46,198 bases of DNA from a virus. Shown here piece after piece: positions 1-8,472 of this stretch. Position 1 is the stretch's first letter. Each line of letters begins with the position of its first letter. The notes beneath the pieces are model-generated. The model was not told the DNA's origin, searched no databases, and was given only the letters and a program-made list of their open reading frames with translations. Made by a program: the position numbers and the translations under genes. The DNA is taken from IMG/VR virus record IMGVR_UViG_3300045988_053311; one strand, given 5' to 3'.

Positions 1-82
1 GAATACCGTAGTCTTTCAGCTTTTTGTTCCTTGTCAGCATACCGTTCTCCTTTCTAATCGTCTGGGTGGTGCTTGTCGTACA
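1..82. repeat. Terminal direct repeat, copy 1 (exact copy of 46117..46198): circular-closure overlap or short terminal redundancy
   Basis: Bases 1-82 (GAATACCGTAGTCTTTCAGC...GCTTGTCGTACA) recur exactly at the last 82 bases. The repeat contains the RBS and first 40 nt of the 45842..46156 gene and the 3' end of a small ORF, so the operon reads through the junction. Confidence 0.95.
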
Positions 83-155
83 TGATCGCCACACATACAA
101 GACCAGCCACTCCGAATATGGTTCCAAGGGTGAATCCTAATAAGAATGTAATCAT
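54..155 (-). CDS. Small single-pass membrane protein (33 aa), below ORF-track cutoff
   Basis: Hand translation gives MITFLLGFTLGTIFGVAGLVCVAIMYDKHHPDD. Its ATG overlaps the TGA of the upstream gene (ATGA at 152-155). It has one hydrophobic helix and ends inside the terminal repeat. Confidence 0.35.
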   Translation of the reverse strand: MITFLLGFTLGTIFGVAGLVCVAIMYDKHHPDD

Positions 156-382
156 ACAACCACCTCACTGTCCTCTGGCATCTGATAATCAATATGTCCA
201 TTTACATAGGCTTCCTGAATCATATCCAGTACTTTTATGGCTTTTGCTTTGGTGGAATATTCTCCGAGCAAGCAGCACCAACTCATATCTCTTCTTGCAC
301 TTATTACTCCACCCGAAACTTCGATATCGAATAAAAGTTCAAGTGTAGCTAAAACTTCCTTATTCTGACTTCTGATTAACAT
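152..382 (-). CDS. Hypothetical early/middle protein (76 aa)
   Basis: ORF track. It is tightly packed in the same-strand operon and overlaps the end of the upstream gene. No motif recognised. Confidence 0.6.
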   Translation of the reverse strand: MLIRSQNKEVLATLELLFDIEVSGGVISARRDMSWCCLLGEYSTKAKAIKVLDMIQEAYVNGHIDYQMPEDSEVVV

Positions 383-741
383 TTTGCATCCTCCTTGTAA
401 TTCTCGATTGCGGCTATCTTATCCTCGTACATAGCGATTGCTTTTTTAAGTCTGCTGATTTCAACGTTATATATTTCTAAAAATTTATTTTTTACAAACT
501 GATAATTCGGTACTGTCAGCGCAATGTACGGCGTTGAATGACCAGAAATTGTTCCGATATCTTCCTTTTTCACGTATCCGATGTAAATTCCTTCCGGAAA
601 CTGTGTTACTGCTTTGTACGTCTTTGGTTTTTCCATTACCTCGCATTCCTCAACTCTGATCTTGAAAATATAGTCTCCTAATGTTTTAGTTTCTGGATTG
701 TATTCTCTGTTACTGTCTAAAATGTAGAAATATAATTTCAT
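376..741 (-). CDS. Hypothetical protein (121 aa)
   Basis: ORF track. 4-nt overlaps with both neighbours suggest translational coupling. Confidence 0.65.
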   Translation of the reverse strand: MKLYFYILDSNREYNPETKTLGDYIFKIRVEECEVMEKPKTYKAVTQFPEGIYIGYVKKEDIGTISGHSTPYIALTVPNYQFVKNKFLEIYNVEISRLKKAIAMYEDKIAAIENYKEDAKC

Positions 742-1352
742 TTTGCGTCCTCCTTAATCTTACAAAAATCGCATTCAGTATTACATTTTTCCCACTCGTC
801 TGAATATTCTTCATATCCATCCGCTCCATTCAAATACTTGTATGTAAGTACATTCATACATCTTTCACAGGCCGTAGAATAAACAACGAGTGCTTCCTGT
901 AGTGTATAATCTCCGCTGTTTACCATTGCCATTATGACATCTTGATTTCCGCCTCCAATACTTGTATGTAAGTTAATAAGTGGTGTAGTATCCGTTCCAT
1001 AATCCCATTTTCTTCCCCATGGTTGCCACCACTTTCTTGTTTGGCTACACCCGCAATTAGTGCATATATGGCCTTTTAATCCCTTTATCAGACCTGTATC
1101 CTTTTTCCAATATTTTCTTTTGTGTTTGCACGTTTCCTTTTGAGATTTGCTATGTACCGCATAAATGCTTTCCGTTATTTGCAGTGGGAAACAAGAATGA
1201 TACGTTCTTGCCTTTTCCGGTGCTTCCCACATTAAATCTTCTTTTTGATTAATCACATTTCCATTCTCATCTTCGTACCAAATTCCTAATTTCAATTTTG
1301 CTTTATCAATATTCATTACTTGTCTCACTTTCCCCATGTAAGTAACTGACAC
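738..1352 (-). CDS. Cys-rich hypothetical protein (about 190-204 aa), putative zinc-binding
   Basis: ORF track. It contains several CxxC-type pairs (CTNCGC, CERC, CNTECDFC). The listed start is GTG; an ATG 12 codons in (MNIDKAKL) has a better RBS, so the start is uncertain. Confidence 0.65.
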   Translation of the reverse strand: MSVTYMGKVRQVMNIDKAKLKLGIWYEDENGNVINQKEDLMWEAPEKARTYHSCFPLQITESIYAVHSKSQKETCKHKRKYWKKDTGLIKGLKGHICTNCGCSQTRKWWQPWGRKWDYGTDTTPLINLHTSIGGGNQDVIMAMVNSGDYTLQEALVVYSTACERCMNVLTYKYLNGADGYEEYSDEWEKCNTECDFCKIKEDAK

Positions 1353-1400
1353 GCTATTGTGCAGTCCTCCATGATTTCCTATCCAAATGCTACCTGTCCG

Positions 1401-1799
1401 TTATTCTGCATGTCTTTTTATTTCTCCTGAAAAGCTTAATTCAATTCCCAGTTCTTCCTTGATAGCCTGCACATAATCAATCCATTCAGCCAAGCCCTGG
1501 TCGATATAGTCCGAAGCTTTGTCCATGCCTGCCATGAACTTCTGGCATCTTTTCTGACCAAATCCAAATTCATCATGCAGAACAGCTATCGCCATGATCA
1601 CGCAACATTCAGATACAAGCTGCTTGATTTTCTCAGATGCTTTATCCAGATCCTTTCTTGCCAGGGAAGTATGTATTCCTGTTACTCCCCTGAATCTGCA
1701 TTCCTTTTCGAGAGCTTCAATCCCGCCCTGTTTGACAATTCGTCTGGCAAGGTCAAGCCCGTCCTCCCTGCCTCGTTCATATTCACGCATTTTATTCAT
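1401..1799 (-). CDS. Hypothetical protein (132 aa)
   Basis: ORF track. Clean ORF with plausible protein composition and the same orientation as the operon. Confidence 0.65.
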   Translation of the reverse strand: MNKMREYERGREDGLDLARRIVKQGGIEALEKECRFRGVTGIHTSLARKDLDKASEKIKQLVSECCVIMAIAVLHDEFGFGQKRCQKFMAGMDKASDYIDQGLAEWIDYVQAIKEELGIELSFSGEIKRHAE

Positions 1800-1830
1800 T
1801 GTGTTAGACCTCCACGCTTTTTTAGCTTTC

Positions 1831-2079
1831 TCATTCAGTAGCCCTCCTTATCTTCTGAGTCAGGATGTCAAACTGTAAGAATAATTCCCTGTCCTTACAT
1901 TTCCTTGCTTTTATGTCACAGTCATAATCATTTATCTGATATTTCCCTTCTAACAGATCGCCATTATCCAGATATCTTTGAAATACGCCTTTAGAAATCC
2001 CGAACCGTTCCAAAATTTCTATTCTGCTCATACTGTCGACGAATGTACCATCTGCTGTAACAATGTCATAAAGTTTCAT
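1831..2079 (-). CDS. Hypothetical small protein with possible HTH (82 aa)
   Basis: ORF track. The segment SRIEILERFGISKGVFQRYL looks like a helix-turn-helix. Start overlaps the upstream stop. Confidence 0.55.
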   Translation of the reverse strand: MKLYDIVTADGTFVDSMSRIEILERFGISKGVFQRYLDNGDLLEGKYQINDYDCDIKARKCKDRELFLQFDILTQKIRRATE

Positions 2080-2345
2080 TTTATCTCCTTGTTTATCTTT
2101 CTTATTCCGTACCCAACTGGAGTATATGCTCTGTCGGTACTGGGGTGGTTCGTCTTGAGCAAACCATCATCAACTAGATTATTGATATGCTTCCAGACCG
2201 TAGCTCTCCCGGCATCCACCCTTTCAGAAATCTCTGTAATCGACGGTGCATATCCAACCAGTTTAATATAACTGACGATATACATATATATTTCTTTTCT
2301 GAGAGCCTGTCCCTGTTCGTATCTATTCTTTGTGTTGTACGGCAT
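2076..2345 (-). CDS. LexA-N-terminal-like winged-helix DNA-binding protein (89 aa)
   Basis: Start refined to MPYNTKNRY, with RBS AAAGGAGAA 5 nt upstream. The segment GYAPSITEISERVDAGRATVWKHINNLVDDGLL matches the LexA-type wHTH pattern (PS-x-xEI ... V..H...L...G.L). Confidence 0.7.
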   Translation of the reverse strand: MPYNTKNRYEQGQALRKEIYMYIVSYIKLVGYAPSITEISERVDAGRATVWKHINNLVDDGLLKTNHPSTDRAYTPVGYGIRKINKEIK

Positions 2346-2592
2346 TTTGATTCTCCTTTTCCAATTCTTTTGCCTTATTAAACATCTTGGAAAGATAATT
2401 CGAATAAGCAACAAGCATGTGATCTACAAATCCATTTTTGTTATATTTTTCAGATACAACATGGATCTGTTCAACTACCTGCTGCCAGTATTCATCTTTT
2501 GCCTCAATTCCGGCAGTCTGGAGGACCAGTGCCGGAAAGTCAATCTGTAAAAACTTTATGGTGTTCGGTATCTGCTCATGCGTCACTCTCAT
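2323..2592 (-). CDS. Hypothetical protein (89 aa)
   Basis: ORF track. It sits directly downstream of the helicase gene with a 2-nt gap. Confidence 0.6.
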   Translation of the reverse strand: MRVTHEQIPNTIKFLQIDFPALVLQTAGIEAKDEYWQQVVEQIHVVSEKYNKNGFVDHMLVAYSNYLSKMFNKAKELEKENQNAVQHKE

Positions 2593-2594
2593 AC

Positions 2595-3995
2595 TTACGC
2601 ACCTTCTTCTACCTCAAAACTCTGTTCAAGAAGTCGCTCGTTATCCTTGCTAAACGCCTTTATATAGCTCTGTTTTATCGGTCTGATAAAATGTATGCCG
2701 TTAGCTGATTTAGCCCGGGAAACAGCCACATAGAACTGTCCAGGATCCCAACAGCAAGGGTCAATGTTGATTTTTTCAAATGTCTGTCCCTGTGATTTAT
2801 GAATGCTGATTGCCCAGGCAAGTTTTACCGGGAACTGAGAGAAAGAGCCTACTTTCTTACGGACAATCTTCTCTTTCACGATCTTCCGACCATCCTTTTC
2901 TTGTTCGGATTCCTCAATAACCTGTTTCTCAATGTCTTTATTGTATCTATATAAGCTAACTGTTTTGCCCTTATCAGTTTTGATAACCAGATAAGATTCT
3001 TCAAATTCTCCGTTATCCACAATTTTCTGAATGATGCCAATCGTTCCATTGACGTAGTTTCCAGACAGATCATTGACTGTAATCATCACTTTTGCACCGA
3101 TGTTAAGAATTAAGTCCTCTCTGGCAAATGCAATGTTCTTAATATCGGCAGATGTTAGCTCGCCGTCAACTGCTGCATGAAACACTTTTTCGGTCTTTTT
3201 ATCCAACTTGCCAAGGAAAGTATTGTTAATTCTGTCAGCTTCTGCATTAGTGCCAACCAAGAACGGCGCTTCCGGTATAACTTTGTCTGATTCGTTGTTC
3301 TCCAGATATGCAATGGATTTTCTAATATTGTTGCCATATTTAATATCATTCAGCACATACTTAAATCCCTCATCATTCTGCCTGCATACCTCATCAAGTT
3401 TGATATATTCAAATCCCATTTCTTTCCAGTATTCAGACATGAAAGCATATCCATGTTCATACTTTCCACCCTTTCCATAATCAGATCCATACATCCGACA
3501 GAGAATTTTTCGATCGTCTGTCGTAATAACTGGCGGAAGCTGGTAGAAATCACCTATCACGATTAACTGAATGTCTTCTTTGTCCTCTCCGATCAGAAGT
3601 CTGTCAACTGCTCTCTCTTCATTCTCCGTGATAATTGTCTTTGCAATCATATTGAACAAATCGAACCGGCACATGCTGATTTCATCAATGATAAGAACAT
3701 CTGCTTCTTTCAGAAGTTCAGCTCTGGATTTCACCTTTTTCTTATAGTCCTCAAATTTAATTGAAATATTCAATGCTCGGTGTACGGTAGTTGCCCCATA
3801 TCCGATATTATCCGCTGCAATTCCAGTAGTGGCGGATACCAGAATATTTTTACCAGCTTTTTCCGCCTCATCGATGAACGTTTGGATAACCGTTGTCTTG
3901 CCTGTTCCTGCGTCACCTGTCAGAAAAACATTACTGCCAGACAGCATTGTATCTAATGCATATCTTTGCTTTTTATTGAGATCGTCTTTTTTCAT
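2595..3995 (-). CDS. Pif1/RecD-family (AAA_30 + UvrD_C_2-like) DNA helicase
   Basis: Motifs present: Walker A GDAGTGKTT, Walker B LIIDEISM, IGDFYQLPPV, and C-terminal SIHKSQGQTF...YVAVSRAKS. Start refined to MKKDD, with RBS AAGGAGTGG upstream. Confidence 0.85.
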   Translation of the reverse strand: MKKDDLNKKQRYALDTMLSGSNVFLTGDAGTGKTTVIQTFIDEAEKAGKNILVSATTGIAADNIGYGATTVHRALNISIKFEDYKKKVKSRAELLKEADVLIIDEISMCRFDLFNMIAKTIITENEERAVDRLLIGEDKEDIQLIVIGDFYQLPPVITTDDRKILCRMYGSDYGKGGKYEHGYAFMSEYWKEMGFEYIKLDEVCRQNDEGFKYVLNDIKYGNNIRKSIAYLENNESDKVIPEAPFLVGTNAEADRINNTFLGKLDKKTEKVFHAAVDGELTSADIKNIAFAREDLILNIGAKVMITVNDLSGNYVNGTIGIIQKIVDNGEFEESYLVIKTDKGKTVSLYRYNKDIEKQVIEESEQEKDGRKIVKEKIVRKKVGSFSQFPVKLAWAISIHKSQGQTFEKINIDPCCWDPGQFYVAVSRAKSANGIHFIRPIKQSYIKAFSKDNERLLEQSFEVEEGA

Positions 3996-4023
3996 TTTGT
4001 AACCACTCCTTGTAATAATTATG

Positions 4024-4054
4024 TTAACTGAATATTTTTGCAATATTCAGTTAA
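4024..4054. repeat. Perfect 13-bp-arm palindrome TTAACTGAATATT-N5-AATATTCAGTTAA
   Basis: Read directly from the sequence. It lies about 30 nt upstream of the helicase start on the minus strand and is not followed by a U-tract. Confidence 0.8.
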
Positions 4055-4095
4055 TTTTGTTATAATAAATCTAATTGCATATACTTTTTAATTTT

Positions 4096-4299
4096 GTAAC
4101 CCGTGTGTAACCGGCTTTTTTAATCCACTGGTTACGCCACAAACCCTTATTTTATGTGGGCTTCAGAGGTGTGTAACCGTGTAACCAATGTAACCAAGGT
4201 TTTTATATAGGAGAATCACTAGAGTATATGTTTTTTATACACTCTCAAACTTTCTCCTATAGGATGTTTTTTTTCGTGTTACAACGGTTACATGGTTAC
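4096..4299. repeat. Putative replication origin: GTAACC/GGTTAC iteron cluster
   Basis: GTAACC occurs at 4096, 4107, 4173, 4181 and 4190. GGTTAC occurs at 4130, 4286 and 4294, and GTTACA at 4278. All lie in the 259-bp non-coding gap between the SF3 helicase gene and the Pif1-like helicase gene. Confidence 0.6.
4207..4260. repeat. 54-bp imperfect palindrome in the centre of the iteron region
   Basis: ATAGGAGAA (4207-4215) pairs with TTCTCCTAT (4252-4260). The inner arms AGAGTATAT and ATACACTCT match 8 of 9. The centre is T-rich. Confidence 0.7.
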
Positions 4300-4302
4300 A
4301 AA

Positions 4303-6282
4303 TTACGAAAACGGAACATTTGTTTCGGCATCAGCTGGCAGAAAACCAGTTTCAATAACCTCATTTTCTTGCTCGTTTTCAAGACTTTTTATATCAACAA
4401 TCTTTACCGCAATAAGCCTCATTACACTTCCACCGTCTCTTTTTAGTACCGTATCTCTTTTTCCTGTGTGCTTGATTAACTCTCGATTAATCGCCCAGGC
4501 CGAAAAGGCTTTTCTGGAGAATCCATTGTTCTTCAAAAGGTTTTCAAGAGGTTTCGGATAAAAATATACATATACATCTCCATATTCATCTGGCGTTTCC
4601 TTGAATCCCCACTGATCACAGCTAAATTGCGCATCAAAGTGCTGTCCGTACACTGAGAGACTTTCAAGAATGAATTCATAGCATCTCTGACCTTCTGATA
4701 CATCTTTCTTGCGTGTAGGTATGTCTACAACGTCCTCGACCGTCAGCTCACGTCCATCCTTAAATATGAAATCTGTAGCTAATTTGTCAGCCAGCAGAAG
4801 TGTAGATATTGCCATTACCTGCTTTGCTGGAAAGTCATATCCGTCAAAACCTTTCTCAATTTCGGCTTTCATTTCTTTCAGATCATCCGATGTGAACTGT
4901 TTGAGATTTCCAACGAACACTCTTCCAGCAAAGCCGTAGTTCTTCACGACAATGCCGTTAATCTCTGCTGGATTCTCGTAAATATCCTCACAACATTCAA
5001 TTTCAATAATTCTGTTGATAGCTCCGCCGGAATCTGCAAATTCCGAAATAGGGTTCTCACCGTTGCAAATAGTCACATTACTCCATGTATTTTCCTTAGC
5101 TGCTCCGAGGTCCTTATTTGAACGTGCTTTTCCTTTGCCAGAACAGAGATTGTAAATCAATGTTTCGTAGTTATCCCGGATATACTGAGAAGCATTCTTC
5201 GAGTCGTCCAGAATCATCGGAAAGTTATTGAGCATATCTGCCCTTGTCTCCAATGATGTATCTGTTGAACGAAAATTCCCAACGTAGGCTCCCGGTGCCG
5301 GATTCCCCCAAACCGATGCCGCTATATTGATTGTTACCGTCTTTCCGCCTCCTGTCTGCCCATAGAAATCTACGATGAACGGTAGCGCATCAAGCGGCTG
5401 TATAAGAACACTCGCAAAAGATGCTGCCAGTGCTATTCGCGGTTCCAATCGTCCGCATGATCGTAGCTGCTTAGCCAGAGTCACCCACTTGAAGTAGTCT
5501 CCACTTTCCTGTATACTTTGGAATAGCGTTTTAAAGCGGTATTCACCGTCAAAAACGATTGAAAGGTCGTAAGGGACAAATGTATTACCATGCCACCCCA
5601 GTTTGCTTGTAGAGTGCTGTATGTCGATCATATCGGCATTGTACATTTCAACATCCGCCAGATACTTTACGAGAAGCCTTGCATTCTCTGAGTTGACCTG
5701 CACCCCGAACCTTGCAAGATTAGTTATTGCCCTGGAAGTCACAATGTCAATTTTTGGAACAGTTATTTCTGTCCAATATCCATCCCTTTTAAAAGCCACC
5801 GTGATCTGTTCCTCTCCTGTCTCGATGTTTTTTAGACGACGTATCGGCATGATCGGGTGGTGACATACAAGTTCTCTTGCCTTAGATGTTTCAGAGGAAA
5901 ATATTCCGTTCTCTGTAGCTATCCAGCTACCACAAGCCATGTTAGGATATTCCTTATCAACAGAATCAGGATAAAAGTTTGTGATGTTTTCAACTAACTG
6001 CATAGAACGATTTACTTTTTCTTCTTTTTCCTTTTCCTGTTCTGCTTTCTGGAATTCCTTTATGAACTCTTCTGCTATATGCTTCGCTTTCACACTTTTT
6101 GCCCGGTCCATCAGCTTAAACTTGATTTCTGAGCGGTCAATTTTACTTTTTACTGAAAAAAGCTCTTCATACAACTGCTTTTCCATAAAGTCTTGTGCCT
6201 GTAAGTTTTCAATATTTTCAAGAATTTTTCTCACCTCCTGACTTAGCTGATAACATTTCGTATCTGCTTTTTTCTTTCTCAA
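4303..6282 (-). CDS. DUF927-type SF3 replicative helicase (phage/plasmid primase-associated helicase)
   Basis: Contains Walker A YGQTGGGKT, Walker B PMILDDS, and an N-terminal DUF927-like region (ITVAFKRDGYWTEITVPKIDI...KLGWHGNTFVPYD). The listed start overlaps the upstream gene by 65 nt; an internal ATG at 6186 is an alternative. Confidence 0.8.
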   Translation of the reverse strand: MRKKKADTKCYQLSQEVRKILENIENLQAQDFMEKQLYEELFSVKSKIDRSEIKFKLMDRAKSVKAKHIAEEFIKEFQKAEQEKEKEEKVNRSMQLVENITNFYPDSVDKEYPNMACGSWIATENGIFSSETSKARELVCHHPIMPIRRLKNIETGEEQITVAFKRDGYWTEITVPKIDIVTSRAITNLARFGVQVNSENARLLVKYLADVEMYNADMIDIQHSTSKLGWHGNTFVPYDLSIVFDGEYRFKTLFQSIQESGDYFKWVTLAKQLRSCGRLEPRIALAASFASVLIQPLDALPFIVDFYGQTGGGKTVTINIAASVWGNPAPGAYVGNFRSTDTSLETRADMLNNFPMILDDSKNASQYIRDNYETLIYNLCSGKGKARSNKDLGAAKENTWSNVTICNGENPISEFADSGGAINRIIEIECCEDIYENPAEINGIVVKNYGFAGRVFVGNLKQFTSDDLKEMKAEIEKGFDGYDFPAKQVMAISTLLLADKLATDFIFKDGRELTVEDVVDIPTRKKDVSEGQRCYEFILESLSVYGQHFDAQFSCDQWGFKETPDEYGDVYVYFYPKPLENLLKNNGFSRKAFSAWAINRELIKHTGKRDTVLKRDGGSVMRLIAVKIVDIKSLENEQENEVIETGFLPADAETNVPFS

Positions 6283-6715
6283 GATTAAACTGGCACATAT
6301 ACCACTCTTCTGAATCAGGAGGGAACGTTTTTAGTGCTGTTTCGTACATAAGTATGTTCTTTTCTACCTGCTCAATCTCATTAGGATCCTGAACAGGGTT
6401 GTGTTTTTTTGATTTAATATCTCGCATTTCATGTCTGATCTGGTTGCGGCTTTTACCTTTTTTTGATATATAAGTGCCACCCAGCTCAATAAACGCCGTA
6501 CTAAAAGGGACGGATTCGTATTGCATCACAAAATCAAACACATCACCGCCAGTTCCACAGCCGAAACAGTAAAAGGAATCATCGTAGATTTTGCAGGACG
6601 CTGACTTTTCCTTGTGAAAAGGGCAACATATAAATCCTGCTCTATTCGGCCTTAGCCCGTACCTGGAGAGAATTTCTGGCATTTTTACTGACTGTTTGAT
6701 TTCTCCCTTAGTCAT
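6218..6715 (-). CDS. Stand-alone DnaG-type CHC2 zinc-finger protein (no Toprim domain visible)
   Basis: CPFHKEKSASCKIY..FYCFGCGTGGDVFDFV is the CHC2 primase zinc-finger signature. The protein is only 165 aa. Confidence 0.8.
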   Translation of the reverse strand: MTKGEIKQSVKMPEILSRYGLRPNRAGFICCPFHKEKSASCKIYDDSFYCFGCGTGGDVFDFVMQYESVPFSTAFIELGGTYISKKGKSRNQIRHEMRDIKSKKHNPVQDPNEIEQVEKNILMYETALKTFPPDSEEWYMCQFNLEKEKSRYEMLSAKSGGEKNS

Positions 6716-7209
6716 GACAGCAGCTCCACGATCCGCCGCCCAGTTTCTTCTTTCGTGCAGAATTCAAATCGGACTCCGTATCTATCTCTGATTGTGCAGA
6801 GAGATTTATACAACTGGCAGCCATCAACAGCCTTGTCAGAGATTACAGTCTTTACTTTTTTGCCGTTTATCGTCCTCCAGATAACTTTGTGTTTCCTTGG
6901 GTTCTCCCAAAAATACACATCGCCAACTGATTTAATATCTGGTCCATGCTCACATAGGATAATCAGCTGAATACCGGCTTCACGTGCCCTGATAAGTTCT
7001 GCCTTGAATCTTTCATGTTGTTGACAGACATTTCCACAAAGCTCTTGTAAATCCTTCTTACGGTCAATACAGAGCTTTGCGTTGTCAAGCGACTGATAAT
7101 CTCCACAATATAACTTTGATCTGAAATACTGCACTCCAAGGTCATCAAACTGTTTTTGAATCCGTTCCCATTCCTTTTTGTGTTCTCTTGTGTCTGCTTG
7201 TATAACCAT
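6712..7209 (-). CDS. ERCC4 (XPF/Mus81/Hef)-like nuclease, probable junction resolvase
   Basis: Motifs ADTRE ... GDY ... IDRKKDLQEL match the ERCC4 pattern D.RE / GDY / ERKxxxDL. The ATG at 7209 is preferred over the GTG at 7218. Confidence 0.7.
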   Translation of the reverse strand: MVIQADTREHKKEWERIQKQFDDLGVQYFRSKLYCGDYQSLDNAKLCIDRKKDLQELCGNVCQQHERFKAELIRAREAGIQLIILCEHGPDIKSVGDVYFWENPRKHKVIWRTINGKKVKTVISDKAVDGCQLYKSLCTIRDRYGVRFEFCTKEETGRRIVELLS

Positions 7210-7224
7210 TAAAAACACATCCTT

Positions 7225-7836
7225 TTAATTGAACGGAAGGACATCATCTGCCACGCTGTCTGGAATACTCATAAAGTCCGTACCTGACGGATTTGCTCCC
7301 ATGATAGCTTCTTCTTTCAGATGATCGTCATAGGCTTTTGTGGTACGCTCTTCTGGGATATCTGCATCCTTAATTCCCTCAATACTTCGGAACCATGCAA
7401 GCTTGTGACGTTTTACTTCTTTGTTATCGTACCAGTCTTTTTCAAGACGGAAGATTCCACCGATCAGCTTTCCTTTAAACTGCTGCCCGAAGTTATCGCC
7501 CCACTTAACGGCAAATCCCGGATTTGATTTTTCTACGCATGTGATAAATGTTTTAAGGTTACGGACACCATAATCTACACCCTCATCAATAACCATGTAA
7601 TTAGTACCTGCATTCGGATATTTCTTGTCTGGACGGATATCGTTCTCAAACTGTTTCATGAAATAGCCGGCCTGTTCGTCTCCTTCTGCGAAATCAAACA
7701 AGATAACGAGCATATCGAGTCCACCCTGTGTTTTTTTCTCTGACATCTGCTTAATTACCATCTTATGACCACCAAGCTTAATTGGTTCAAATTCTCCTGC
7801 TGCCTGTGTAGTATCGTAATTATTTGGTTTCTGCAT
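7225..7836 (-). CDS. DUF669-type phage SSB-like protein
   Basis: It sits immediately downstream of the Sak4-like ATPase, which is the usual pairing. The acidic C-terminal tip DSVADDVLPFN resembles the bacterial SSB tip DDDIPF. Confidence 0.65.
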   Translation of the reverse strand: MQKPNNYDTTQAAGEFEPIKLGGHKMVIKQMSEKKTQGGLDMLVILFDFAEGDEQAGYFMKQFENDIRPDKKYPNAGTNYMVIDEGVDYGVRNLKTFITCVEKSNPGFAVKWGDNFGQQFKGKLIGGIFRLEKDWYDNKEVKRHKLAWFRSIEGIKDADIPEERTTKAYDDHLKEEAIMGANPSGTDFMSIPDSVADDVLPFN

Positions 7837-8470
7837 TGTCTGTTCCTCCTAATTCATAATAATCTCTGATAACCTTGTCAACTTCTGCAAGGTCGTTATC
7901 AATAGTTAAACTGTCAAACATCCCGATCGGGGACTTACTTACCGCTCCCTGACTGGACTGAGTGACAAATAAGTGCTTTCCACTCTCTTCGATGCATCGA
8001 AGAACGATGGTAAACATGCCCTCGATGCAAACTTTTTCGTCCAGAAGCTTACCAATTGTCTTAGGCTTTACTTCCCCGGAGTCATCTTTTTCCTCATGCA
8101 TCATAAGGTAAACAATTTTATTCTGCGGTACTTTTGTTACAATGAACTGAATAAGATTCCAGAAGTAGTCTCCGATATCATTGTACAGAGCGAACACTGC
8201 ATTACCTTTTCCAGCAGAAGCGTGCCCCTTCATGAAATGATTCGTAATAAGATATCCTGCATCATCAATTACGATAGACTCTGCTTTTGATGCGATCAGG
8301 CACTTCATTACCTGCTGGTAATCATCTGTAAACCATCCGTCAATCTTTCCTTTAAACGGAAGCGGTTTATTCAATACTCTAATAAGATTCCAGTGTTCAT
8401 TCTGGCAGTTCCTAAGACTGGTACTCTTGCCAGAACCAGATTTTCCAATAATTAATACGGGTGTTGCCAT
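7820..8470 (-). CDS. AAA_24 / Sak4-like RecA-core recombination ATPase
   Basis: Has N-terminal Walker A IIGKSGSGKST and Walker B SIVIDDAG. Its size (about 216 aa) and position next to the DUF669 gene fit this family. Confidence 0.75.
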   Translation of the reverse strand: MATPVLIIGKSGSGKSTSLRNCQNEHWNLIRVLNKPLPFKGKIDGWFTDDYQQVMKCLIASKAESIVIDDAGYLITNHFMKGHASAGKGNAVFALYNDIGDYFWNLIQFIVTKVPQNKIVYLMMHEEKDDSGEVKPKTIGKLLDEKVCIEGMFTIVLRCIEESGKHLFVTQSSQGAVSKSPIGMFDSLTIDNDLAEVDKVIRDYYELGGTDNAETK

Positions 8471-8472
8471 TG

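Noticed and set aside
1-82. Terminal repeats considered as attL/attR or transposon LTRs
   Set aside because: There is no host DNA outside them. An operon and a gene start read straight through the joined ends. The integrase and attP-like region lie 14 kb away.
73-348. 91-aa plus-strand ORF at the left end
   Set aside because: It is antisense to two coupled minus-strand genes. It has no RBS and starts within the terminal-repeat boundary.
4096-4299. GTAACC repeat cluster considered as a mini CRISPR array
   Set aside because: The repeats are only 6 bp, occur in both orientations, and have irregular spacings of 2-60 bp. There is no leader or cas context. This is consistent with iterons, not CRISPR.
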